Positions 30,172 to 39,417 of a stretch of 64,000 bases of DNA are shown here, in pieces. A program made the position numbers and the translations under genes. Every line of letters begins with the position of its first letter. Position 1 is the stretch's first letter. Source of the stretch: Promethearchaeia archaeon. Lineage in GTDB: Archaea; Asgardarchaeota; Lokiarchaeia; Sigyniarchaeales; SOKP01. The stretch spans positions 1,605 to 65,604 of the forward strand of contig JAHQWJ010000134.1 in assembly GCA_029856125.1 (NCBI GenBank). Direction: 5' to 3'. The notes under the pieces were generated by a model, which saw only the letters and a list, made by a program, of their open reading frames with translations, searched no databases and was not told where the DNA came from.

Positions 30172-31488
30172 TTAAGAATTTCTTGTATCTATTAATCGTT
30201 CCATAAATGGCATTAGAGTTGTTCTAACTTGTTCTATATTTTCACCGATTTTTTTGAATTTGATAACTATTGCTGGTATGTTATACTCTGCTTTTAGTTT
30301 TTCTTTTAGCTTATCATAAATTTTTGAGGTTGATGGGCACCCATATACTTGATTGAAAATCAATCCATCAATGTTCATGTTTTCAGCAGTTTTTAAATAC
30401 GAATTAGTCATGTTTTCATCGTCGCATCCTATTCCTTTTTTTGAAGCGTTTAGTAGAAAACGCGCGTATTCTTCTATAGGATCAGATTTATGAGATATGG
30501 GAATTTCTTCTAAAAATCCTAACACATCCCAATCGGCATAAATTATCCTACCCCCTAATTTGTAGATAATTTCATGAATTTCTGGTTCCCATCCTTGATA
30601 CATGGGAGCAAATAGCAACCTTGGCATATGAGAAACGTCCATTCCTACACCCTTTCTAATCCTTTCTCTCATCTCTTTAACTAAATGGCTTAAATTTTCT
30701 AAGTATCTTTGAGAGTTTGAATTATAATCTTGGAATGTGATAGTTAGGAGCGCTAAAATTTCTGCGAATGTAGCCGGATTGCATGGATAAAAGTTAGAAT
30801 CGCTAATCTCGTAAAGGATAGTTTTATAAAATCGTTTTACTTGATTGCCAATACGAAATTGCTTCTGTAAACTATTATCTGATACAAAGTTTCCCGTGAT
30901 CTTCTCTAGTTCACTAATTCCGTTCTTAACATTATTAATCATTTCCTTTAAAGCAATATCTTCATTATCTGAATTCTTTGAAGGAACATCGATTATGATT
31001 TGACTCGGTACTGTCGTTTTTAGCGATTCTGAAAAAGTATTCCAGCTACCACATCGCATTGCGAATGTAAGATTAGCGTCTAAATTTTTACCTTTAGATT
31101 TATGCATTCCATAAAGAGCGTTAATCCCGTAACATAATTCCGAAGGAACGCCATTACTAACGCCTATGTCATACATCTCATTATATTTGCTATTAATACT
31201 GGTAATGACATCTTCAAGTATCTTATCAACAATTTTTAACACGTCAAATTGGCGAGCGAACTCAAGGAATTTAGAAGTTAAATCCCATCCTAATACAGAT
31301 GTAGCAGATTGCAAAGGCATCAAATACTTGCTAACTTCGAAGGTTTCCATTCGAATTGGGAATACGGGGACTGCACCAACTGCAAAAGCTAAATCAGGAA
31401 ATCCTAAAGCAACTGAAATGAGTTTTTTCTTCTCTCTAATTTTTTTTTTCCGTAAATAATCTCTACCCGTCAAAAAGTTTGAAGCCAT
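30172..31488 (-). CDS. 2-hydroxyacyl-CoA dehydratase / benzoyl-CoA reductase (BcrC/BadD/HgdB) family protein, orphan paralog
   Basis: 438 aa, collinear with the 39418-40776 product (for example LTGRDYLRKKKIREKKKLISVALGFPDLAFAVGAVPVFPIRM vs LNGRNYLKRKKFREKEKLVAVTLPFSDLAFAAGTVPVFPIRM). Homology continues for 16 codons upstream of the ATG. Confidence 0.8.
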   Translation of the reverse strand: MASNFLTGRDYLRKKKIREKKKLISVALGFPDLAFAVGAVPVFPIRMETFEVSKYLMPLQSATSVLGWDLTSKFLEFARQFDVLKIVDKILEDVITSINSKYNEMYDIGVSNGVPSELCYGINALYGMHKSKGKNLDANLTFAMRCGSWNTFSESLKTTVPSQIIIDVPSKNSDNEDIALKEMINNVKNGISELEKITGNFVSDNSLQKQFRIGNQVKRFYKTILYEISDSNFYPCNPATFAEILALLTITFQDYNSNSQRYLENLSHLVKEMRERIRKGVGMDVSHMPRLLFAPMYQGWEPEIHEIIYKLGGRIIYADWDVLGFLEEIPISHKSDPIEEYARFLLNASKKGIGCDDENMTNSYLKTAENMNIDGLIFNQVYGCPSTSKIYDKLKEKLKAEYNIPAIVIKFKKIGENIEQVRTTLMPFMERLIDTRNS

Positions 31489-32273
31489 TTTTAGAACAGA
31501 TGTAAAGCTTATAACATCATCAGCGTATATGCTCGTTATAGATTCATCTCAAGTTAGCGTTTAAATTTATCTTTTTTTAGGAATACAATTAAAAATTAGT
31601 TATTTAAATGTAATAAAATTTATGAGCTAAATTGTAAGGTTTCAAATTACTATATCATCATGGAATCTAGTTAAGTCGAGTGGAAAAATAGTTGAATTAA
31701 AAGTATAATATATAGAAGTATAACACTTGTCTTGGGAACAATCACAAAATAAAATTTAACTGGAAGTATTGTTATTGCGACAGGTACAGCAGTTTTTACA
31801 GAATTAGTTCAAGGAATAAACTATTTGATTTAATTAATGCATGATTATCATTACAAAATGTTTTAGAGTTTTAAATATAAGGTTTATTTTAAAAATAATT
31901 AGTTTTCTATTTGAAATCTTATAAAATATTTAATTCTCAATTCTCTGTATTTATAAAATTATATATTTACGCAAAAAATTAAATAACAACGCTCCTTTAT
32001 ATATATTATATATATTGAGTATTTGATATTCTCACATCTGTAATCTTTTTTAGGAATTTGGCTTAAAAGATAATAATAAGAAAGGCACTGCTTGTATCAA
32101 ATTAATTTTTGCCTACATTCGATAGAAAAAAGCTAAATTGTTAATTATAATATGACTAACTTCTTAAGGTAGAATTAGCAATCAAATACTCTCATGTGAT
32201 ATTTTCGCAAAAAAATAAAAAAAATAAGAGAGTGATAATAATAAGGACAAAAATTATTGAGAAATTAATAACT

Positions 32274-33545
32274 ATGAACGAGATTTCTTCAACTATCCAA
32301 CAAATTTTTAAATCTGAATTCAGGATTTCTAAAAATTCTATTATCTCTGAGGAATACCTATTAATTATAGGTCATAGTGAAGAAGGTCTTATTTCAGTGG
32401 TTCAGGCTTCAATAAATAATAATTTTGAGAGGACTCGCATATCCATATTGGTGTTCAACCCTCATTCATTAGCTGAAGAATTAAATATACAACAAGAATC
32501 GCATAACTTTTTAAGCTTAATTGAAGGAAAATTGATTCGATCAGTAAAGGAGGGCGTTAAAAATAAATTTTGTAACCCATTTACAGAACTTTCTAAATTT
32601 CAATTAGAGAAAACTCAAGAAAAAAGGAAGATATTTTCGCTCGAAACGAGTATACTAAATGAAATAGTTAAGCACTTATATCATATAAATGACTTTTCAG
32701 ATGAAATTATGAAATTTCCTTTTTCTATAAACCATATTGAAGGAAAGTGGGAAGAATGGGATAAAATTTATTTTCCATATATTGAATTAATTGAAAATAA
32801 TATAATTAAGACTTATACAAAAGATACAAAAGTGTATCGCAATTATAATTTTGCTGAAAATGGTGATAGTTTTCAAAGAATAATAGATCTATTGATAGTT
32901 ACTAAAAAAGAATCTATCCCAGAACTCAAAAATAAAGGTACTGAAGAAATAAATCCCTTTGATTATGAGATTAGTTTTATTTATTGTAATAGAATGTCTA
33001 AACCATTTAAATATATGAATTTATTAAAATTTGTGAATGAAATTAAGTCATTTTCGGAGAAATTCAAAAATGATAAAAAAAATAAATGTAATATTATCAT
33101 TCCACAATTAATTTTAGTATCCCAATTTGGATATGACATAGGAATTAAGGATTATTTGAGAACCCATCTGGTTAGAGAAGTAGATTATACTATTCCTTTA
33201 ATGCTAATACCTCCTTTCAATGGTGATGATGAAGTGTGGCATAATTTTATCGAAAATGAGGATTCAAAACCACAAAAACGAAACGATTTGGAAAATATTA
33301 TACGAATAGGTAATAGTGAGCATTCATCATCTTCATTTAAAAATAATATGGTAAAATCGGCAAAAAGCGAATATAGCCAAATAATTGCAAGAAATAAATT
33401 GGCTAAATTCGATAGTGACTTTTTAAATAAGTGGCATTTGATACTCGATGTTTCTAAATCAAAGGAAATTCTAAAAACCAATGAAGATAATGAGAAATTT
33501 GGCAAAAACATTAATATCGTAAAAGATGAGGTACCTATTTATTAA
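32274..33545 (+). CDS. hypothetical protein (orphan); alternative GTG start at 32196
   Basis: A long ORF, 423 aa from the ATG at 32274 and 449 aa from the GTG at 32196, in an AT-rich region. No recognisable motifs. The first 26 codons of the GTG form are Lys/Ile-rich, low-complexity sequence. Confidence 0.45.
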   Translation: MNEISSTIQQIFKSEFRISKNSIISEEYLLIIGHSEEGLISVVQASINNNFERTRISILVFNPHSLAEELNIQQESHNFLSLIEGKLIRSVKEGVKNKFCNPFTELSKFQLEKTQEKRKIFSLETSILNEIVKHLYHINDFSDEIMKFPFSINHIEGKWEEWDKIYFPYIELIENNIIKTYTKDTKVYRNYNFAENGDSFQRIIDLLIVTKKESIPELKNKGTEEINPFDYEISFIYCNRMSKPFKYMNLLKFVNEIKSFSEKFKNDKKNKCNIIIPQLILVSQFGYDIGIKDYLRTHLVREVDYTIPLMLIPPFNGDDEVWHNFIENEDSKPQKRNDLENIIRIGNSEHSSSSFKNNMVKSAKSEYSQIIARNKLAKFDSDFLNKWHLILDVSKSKEILKTNEDNEKFGKNINIVKDEVPIY

Positions 33546-33570
33546 GGTATTATTCCACAATCATAGAATA

Positions 33571-33642
33571 TTATTTGAACATTTCCATAAAAGCTCCAAG
33601 TCGAGTTTTTACTTCCTCTACATTTTCTCCTATTTTATTAAA
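33571..33642 (-). pseudogene. relic of the 3' end (last ~23 codons + stop) of a dehydratase-family gene
   Basis: The minus-strand translation FNKIGENVEEVKTRLGAFMEMFK* matches the C-terminus of the 39418 gene (FNKIGDNVEQVKTRLGAFMEMFKY*). There is no upstream coding continuation. Confidence 0.65.
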
Positions 33643-33679
33643 ATAAAATTTATGAGGTAAAGAATAAGGGTTTATGATT

Positions 33680-33808
33680 TTATCTGAACATCTTCATAAA
33701 AACTCCAAGATGAGTTTTTATTTCTTCGATTTTTTCGCCAATTTTATTAGATATAATTGTTAATGATGGTATTTCAAGTACTCAACATAATTTTTCTTTT
33801 AACATAAC
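33680..33808 (-). pseudogene. second relic of the dehydratase-family gene 3' end (~43 codons, internal stop)
   Basis: The minus-strand translation VMLKEKLC*VLEIPSLTIISNKIGEKIEEIKTHLGVFMKMFR* is collinear with AMLREKVRRELEIPITAITFNKIGDNVEQVKTRLGAFMEMFKY* of the 39418 gene. Confidence 0.7.
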
Positions 33809-33983
33809 TTACTACTCTTAGAAGTTTTATTCTAATACTCGAGTATTATCTCGGATTTGAAAGTATTTATATTTCATGGTTTCCATCTTGGAATTCGAAT
33901 GTTTCCCCAAATATAAGAGTTAAGCAAGATTTAATTGTGTATTATAAACCAAGAAAATGAAAATATGAAAAAATCTGATCAAG

Positions 33984-34970
33984 ATGACTAAGGAAAAAAT
34001 AAAAATTTGCGTACTTGAGAAAAAACGAGGAAATTTTTCAATACAAGAGAAATTTGCTAAAAACGAAAATATTATCGATACAACTAATCAAGAAGTAGAA
34101 CATCATTTAAGTGCTTTAAATGAAGCGGGTTATGATGTAAAAATATTAAAATGGAATGACAATATAATTTATGATTTAAAAAGTCTTGACATTGATATCG
34201 TATTTAATGTATCCAGCATTGTTGAAACAGCTATTTTAGAAGAATTAGAGATACCTTATGTAGGGTCTGATATTTTTGGATGCGTTATAGCAACCGATAA
34301 GGTTCTTACTAAAGACTTGTGGTTTAAAAAAGGATTACCAACATCACCTTATATTTTAGCAAGATCAAAAGAGGATTGTGAAATTTTTAAGAAAAACAAG
34401 CCATTTGATTATCCTTTATTTATAAAACCCTCTCAAGGGAGAGGAAGTTCTGGAATCGATGAATCCTCACTTATCTATTCATATAACGAATTAATTAAAG
34501 GAGTTGAAAAAAGATTAAACACAATAAATCAACCTGTTCTTATTGAAAAATTTTTAAGAGGTAGGGAAATAACATGTGGAATTATTGGTAATGGAAATCA
34601 GATTAAAGCCTTACCTTTATTAGAAATAATACACAAGGAAAAGGAAAAATTCTTGACATTTAATAAAAAAGAGTTAGATGACGATAAATTCCAATGCCCT
34701 GCAAAATTAACTCCGAAACAGTCTAAAGAATTACAGAAATTAGCTATTTCAGCATTTCAAGCGATAAATCTTAGAGATTATGGTCGTGTAGACATCATCT
34801 TATCAGAAGAAGGTCCTTTTTTATTAGAAATAAATTGTTTTGCAGGATTAATGTGTACACCAAAAGATAAACCTCATAGTTACATGGGCTTTATGGCAAT
34901 TGCAGAAAACAAAAAAAGTAGTGAATTCTTAGATGAAATTATAAAAGAAGCATTAAAAAGAATTGGATAA
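33984..34970 (+). CDS. ATP-grasp ligase, D-alanine--D-alanine ligase (Ddl)-like
   Basis: 328 aa with ATP-grasp architecture (DKVLTKDLWFKKGLPT; YPLFIKPSQGRGSSGI; RDYGRVDIIL..GPFLLEINCFAGL). The canonical Ddl N-terminal GGxSxE motif is absent. Confidence 0.75.
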   Translation: MTKEKIKICVLEKKRGNFSIQEKFAKNENIIDTTNQEVEHHLSALNEAGYDVKILKWNDNIIYDLKSLDIDIVFNVSSIVETAILEELEIPYVGSDIFGCVIATDKVLTKDLWFKKGLPTSPYILARSKEDCEIFKKNKPFDYPLFIKPSQGRGSSGIDESSLIYSYNELIKGVEKRLNTINQPVLIEKFLRGREITCGIIGNGNQIKALPLLEIIHKEKEKFLTFNKKELDDDKFQCPAKLTPKQSKELQKLAISAFQAINLRDYGRVDIILSEEGPFLLEINCFAGLMCTPKDKPHSYMGFMAIAENKKSSEFLDEIIKEALKRIG

Positions 34971-35012
34971 CTTTCGTTCAAACTAAAAACAAACTGTATT
35001 ATGTGAAGTAAA

Positions 35013-36098
35013 ATGCCAATACTTGAAATAAATTTGAGAAAAATTAGACATAACGCAAAATTATTAAAGAATCTTTTAACTCAGCGAAATGTATCTATTA
35101 TTGGAATTACAAAACTTGTCTTAGGAAACCCTACTATTGCAATGACGTTGGTTCAAGGAGGAATAGAGTATTTAGGAGATTCACGAATTAACAATATTAT
35201 TAAAATGAAAAAAAAAAATATTAGAGCTCAATTTGTTTTAATTCGTATTCCAAGCATTACTGAAATTCCTCTTGTTGTTAAATACGCAAATTATAGCCTA
35301 AATTCAGAATTAAAGACCATAAGAATGCTTTCAAATGAAGCCGTTAAACAAAAAAAGATACATAATATAATTCTAATGGTAGATATGGGAGATTTAAGAG
35401 AAGGAATAAATATATTCAATATTGAATTTTTTGTCGAAGAGATTTTAAAACTAAAAAATATAAATTTAAGTGGAATTGGTACAAATTTCAAATGTTTTGG
35501 TGGTATCATCCCGACAGATGAAAATATGAATGAATTTTCAAAATTAGTCTTTAGGATCAAGGATAAATTTGAATTGGAATTAGAATTTGTTTCAGGAGGA
35601 AATTCTGCAAATTTTAATTGGTTTAAATCGTGTAAAAACATTGGTGAAATAAATAATTTTAGAATTGGGGAAGCCATGTTTCTAGGAAAAGAAACGATAA
35701 ATTATGAACCAATTCCAAATCTCTATACAGACGCTTTTAAGTTAATAACAGAGATTGTTGAGTTAAAACAAAGATCTGTAATCCCCAAAGGGATTATTGT
35801 ATCAAATGCATTTGGGGAACGTGTCCAAACTTCCCATAAAAAAATTAACAATGGTAAAAAAAGCGATATAATTAGAACACAAGCACTTTTAAATATAGGT
35901 AGACAAGATATTGCAGTAAAAGGATTAAATCCGAAAGAAAGTATTAATATTCTTGGAGCTTCAAGCGACTACTTAGTTGTAGATATAAGAGATAATCAAT
36001 TTCAGATTGGACAAAAATTGCATTTTGATTTGAATTATGAAGCTCTTTTAAGAGCAATGACTAGTCCCTATATCCATAAGAAATTTATCGATATTTAA
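35013..36098 (+). CDS. PLP-dependent amino-acid racemase, alanine/ornithine-racemase fold (YhfX/Orr-like)
   Basis: 361 aa. The N-terminal TIM barrel has a candidate PLP lysine (IIGITKLVLGNP). Its length and C-terminal beta domain are typical of the 'predicted amino acid racemase' group. Confidence 0.7.
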   Translation: MPILEINLRKIRHNAKLLKNLLTQRNVSIIGITKLVLGNPTIAMTLVQGGIEYLGDSRINNIIKMKKKNIRAQFVLIRIPSITEIPLVVKYANYSLNSELKTIRMLSNEAVKQKKIHNIILMVDMGDLREGINIFNIEFFVEEILKLKNINLSGIGTNFKCFGGIIPTDENMNEFSKLVFRIKDKFELELEFVSGGNSANFNWFKSCKNIGEINNFRIGEAMFLGKETINYEPIPNLYTDAFKLITEIVELKQRSVIPKGIIVSNAFGERVQTSHKKINNGKKSDIIRTQALLNIGRQDIAVKGLNPKESINILGASSDYLVVDIRDNQFQIGQKLHFDLNYEALLRAMTSPYIHKKFIDI

Positions 36099-36498
36099 AT
36101 TTACATGGGTTTATGATTTTATTCTGAATGGTAACAAAACACATTTTAAAAGAAGAAAATGAAAATATGAATATTTTTTTTATTTAGTAAGGATAAATTT
36201 AAATTTATTGAAAAAAGTTCTAAAAAGCATCCATATTATTACATTAGACTCTTAATTTACTTAAAAGACGTAAAATTTTAAATAATGTGACTGATTTAAT
36301 AAGAATAGGAAAAATTTTGCATTGAAACTTAAAACGGTATAATTATCTAAATATTAGAATATATTTTTGTATCCAATATATTAGGGATATAATTAGAACA
36401 ACTGGTTTTTTACTGTTATTATTCTATAGAATACTAATAATCACTATTCTGTAATCCAGTAAGTTTCTTTAATGCTTATTTCAAATATTGTTTGAAGG

Positions 36499-38253
36499 GT
36501 GTTTTATTCAATAAAGATGACTAACGCTTATTTAGAGAAAAAAAAAAATACAAGGATCTTAACAGCATGTATAGGACAATGCGTGCATGTAGCAGGTACA
36601 TATAATTTCATTCAAATTTCAAAACAGTTGGGTTATAATAATATATTTTTAGGACCTGCTACCCCTATTTCAATTGTTATAGATCAAATTAAAAAGTATG
36701 ACCCTAACATTGTAGGACTTAGTTATCGTTTAACGGCAGACACTGTTAGACCTTTACTAAATGAATTTTTTAAAAATTTTATAAAATTAGAGAAAAAACC
36801 AAAAAAATTATTTTTTGCTGGAACACCTGAAGTAGTTGAGATCGCAAGAAAATATGAATGGTTCGATGAATATTTTGTTGGAGGAGAATCAAAATTTGAA
36901 TTAATTTCTATCTTGAGAAATGAGAAATTAAAATCAGAAAGTAAAACAGAAGTCCCTATGGATATTATTTCTCGAATACAATGGAAGAAACCTTATCCTG
37001 TAATTAGAGCGCACTTTGGATTACCTAATTTCAATGAAACAATAGAAGGAATAAAAAAAATTGCTAAAGCTAAAGTCTTAGATGTTATTTCAATTGCGCC
37101 CGATCAAAATACGCAAGCAAATTACTTCCACCCTGAAAATCAAGATAAAAAATTATCCGGAGCGGGTGGGGTTCCTTTGCGTACTCAGCAAGATTTCGAA
37201 AAGCTCCATCAAGCAAGATTAACCGGAAACTATCCGATGTTAAGGATATATGCTGGAACACGCGATTTCATTAAATTAGGAAAATTGTATCGAGATACAA
37301 TTCAAAATGCCTGGGCAGCAATCCCTATTTTTTGGTTTAATCAAATGGATAGAAGGGGGCCGTTAACTTTAAAAGAATCGATTAAACAGCATCTAAACGC
37401 AATAAAGTGGCACGGAAAGTACAATATTCCCGTTGAAGTAAACGATCCACATCAATGGAGCCTTCGAAATGCTCCAGATGCTATAGCTGTTGCCGATATG
37501 TATTTATGTGGAATTATAGCGAAAAAATTAGGCGTCAAAAATTATATAGCACAGTATATGTTTAATACACCTCCATCAAGTTCACTTGATATGGACTTAG
37601 CAAAAATTCTCGCTAAAGATGAGTTACTTCAAACGTTATCCAATGAGAATTTTACGATAATTAAGCAAGTTCGGACGGGATTAGCAAGTTTCCCATTAGA
37701 TTTGGATAAAGCAAAAGGACAACTTGCTACAGCGACATTTGTTCAATTAGCTATTAGACCAGACATTGTTCATGTAGTTAGTTATTCTGAAGCTAGTCAT
37801 ACAGCTCGTCCAGAAAATGTAATAGAAAGTTGTAAAATTGTGGATCAAGTAATAGATAGAGTTTATTCCAGTAAAATTAACATTATAGATAAAAAAATTG
37901 AGGAAAGGAAAGAAGAATTAATAAGACAAGCCAAATGGATAGTTGACTTAATACCACATTTAACAAAAAATGAAGATGAATCGAAAAGTCCATATACCAA
38001 TTATGAAGTCTTAAATCGACTCGTAAAATATGGTATATTTGATGCTCCACATTTGAAAAATAATAAATTTGCTTTGGGTAAAATTAAAACCAAAATAATT
38101 AATGGTGCTTGCTATTCATGGAATGAATCTCAGCAAAAAATTTACGATGAAATTGAAAGAATAAAAGACATTATTTTTAATAGCCCATTTAAAAATTCTT
38201 GTGACTCATTACAACAAAAAGAAAAATCCATCACAAAGGTGTTGGATAAATGA
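36499..38253 (+). CDS. fusion protein: N-terminal cobalamin-binding-like Rossmann domain + C-terminal TIM-barrel-like (mutase E-subunit-like?) domain; alternative ATG start 36517
   Basis: 584 aa. The N-terminus resembles B12-binding domains (RILTACIGQCVHVAGTYNF...DPNIVGLSYRL), but with CxHxxG in place of DxHxxG. The C-terminal part shows a loose resemblance to glutamate mutase GlmE (..LGVKNYIAQY.. vs GVKNITVGY, from memory). 4-nt ATGA overlap with the next gene. Confidence 0.5.
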   Translation: MFYSIKMTNAYLEKKKNTRILTACIGQCVHVAGTYNFIQISKQLGYNNIFLGPATPISIVIDQIKKYDPNIVGLSYRLTADTVRPLLNEFFKNFIKLEKKPKKLFFAGTPEVVEIARKYEWFDEYFVGGESKFELISILRNEKLKSESKTEVPMDIISRIQWKKPYPVIRAHFGLPNFNETIEGIKKIAKAKVLDVISIAPDQNTQANYFHPENQDKKLSGAGGVPLRTQQDFEKLHQARLTGNYPMLRIYAGTRDFIKLGKLYRDTIQNAWAAIPIFWFNQMDRRGPLTLKESIKQHLNAIKWHGKYNIPVEVNDPHQWSLRNAPDAIAVADMYLCGIIAKKLGVKNYIAQYMFNTPPSSSLDMDLAKILAKDELLQTLSNENFTIIKQVRTGLASFPLDLDKAKGQLATATFVQLAIRPDIVHVVSYSEASHTARPENVIESCKIVDQVIDRVYSSKINIIDKKIEERKEELIRQAKWIVDLIPHLTKNEDESKSPYTNYEVLNRLVKYGIFDAPHLKNNKFALGKIKTKIINGACYSWNESQQKIYDEIERIKDIIFNSPFKNSCDSLQQKEKSITKVLDK

Positions 38254-39356
38254 GATTCTGTGTCATTGGAGCCGGAAACGGTGGTCGAGCGTTTGCGGCA
38301 TATTTATCATCTAAAGGAAATTCTGTGAACCTTTATAACCGTTCATACTCTAGAATTTATGAAATCAAAAAGAAGGGAGGTATAAAAGCAAAAGGAAAAT
38401 TAAAAGGTTTTTTTCCCATTGATCTAATTACACAAAAACTACACTTGGCAGTTAAGGATGCAGATATTATTTTAATAGTAACTCCTGCTTCAGCACATAA
38501 AAATATTGCTAAAAACATTGCACCTTTTTTAACAAACGATCAGATAATATTGTTGAATCCAGGTAGAACTTTTGGAGCAGTAGAGGTTAGAAGTATAATA
38601 GAAAAGGAAAGAGGGAATCTCCCTATTTTCATTGCTGAAACCCAAACATTACTTTTTACATCAAGACAATTGAAAAAAAACAAGGTTCAAATTCTTACAC
38701 TTAAGGATTCTGTTGAATTTTCGGCTTTTCCAGAGAAGGATACATTTTTCATCAGCGATACATTGAGAGATGTTTTTCCCCAAATGAAACCTAATGATAA
38801 TTATCTGCAAGTTACATTAAATAATATTGGGATGTTATTGCATCCAACTCTATCATTAATGAACGCTAGTGCAATAGATTATGGAAGAAAGTTCAAATTT
38901 TATGCACAAGGGGCATCTTCACATACATGTGAAATTCTTGAGACGCTCCAAATGGAATTCAGAAAGATTTTTGATAAGTTAAATTTAAAACAAATAAATT
39001 TTTGTAAATGGGTGGAGAAATCTTATGGATTTAAAGCAAACAGTATCTATAAAGCTATTCAAAAAGTAAAAGCATATAAAAACATTGTTGCTCCAAAAGA
39101 ATTAATAACTAGATATTTCACTGAAGATATTCCAACTGGACTTGTACCTATGGCGTCAATAGGAGAATTCTTAGAAATTTCTACACCTATAATTGATTCT
39201 ATCATAAATTTATCTTCGATTTTATGTGGAATTGATTTTAAAAAAGAGGGAAGAAACATTATGAACTTAAATTTGGCTGACTATATAACGAAACAAATGA
39301 AAGGAGAAGAAGCGTTTGAAATAGAAAAAAGTTCAAAAGCACAAATCAGTACTTAA
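38250..39356 (+). CDS. NAD(P)-dependent opine (octopine/nopaline) dehydrogenase family protein
   Basis: 368 aa. N-terminal Rossmann motif MRFCVIGAGNGGRAFAAYL. Its size and helical C-terminal domain are typical of the octopine/nopaline dehydrogenase family. Confidence 0.7.
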   Translation: MRFCVIGAGNGGRAFAAYLSSKGNSVNLYNRSYSRIYEIKKKGGIKAKGKLKGFFPIDLITQKLHLAVKDADIILIVTPASAHKNIAKNIAPFLTNDQIILLNPGRTFGAVEVRSIIEKERGNLPIFIAETQTLLFTSRQLKKNKVQILTLKDSVEFSAFPEKDTFFISDTLRDVFPQMKPNDNYLQVTLNNIGMLLHPTLSLMNASAIDYGRKFKFYAQGASSHTCEILETLQMEFRKIFDKLNLKQINFCKWVEKSYGFKANSIYKAIQKVKAYKNIVAPKELITRYFTEDIPTGLVPMASIGEFLEISTPIIDSIINLSSILCGIDFKKEGRNIMNLNLADYITKQMKGEEAFEIEKSSKAQIST

Positions 39357-39417
39357 ATTTGTTTTACTTTATGACGTTATTATTAAACTTAATTTCTTCC
39401 ATAATAAGGATTAGTAT

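Noticed and set aside
31570-32057. A 14-15 nt repeat, tc(t6-7)aggaat, at 31570-31584 and 32044-32057 in the long spacer upstream of the orphan ORF.
   Set aside because: It is short, T-rich and present in only two copies. A chance match is plausible in DNA of about 25% GC.
36107-36127. The sequence atgattttattctga, and its copy at 33668-33688, looked superficially like C/D-box sRNA elements.
   Set aside because: It does not match the RUGAUGA C box, and no second box pair or terminal stem is present. It is better explained as a trace of the duplicated gene-end flank.
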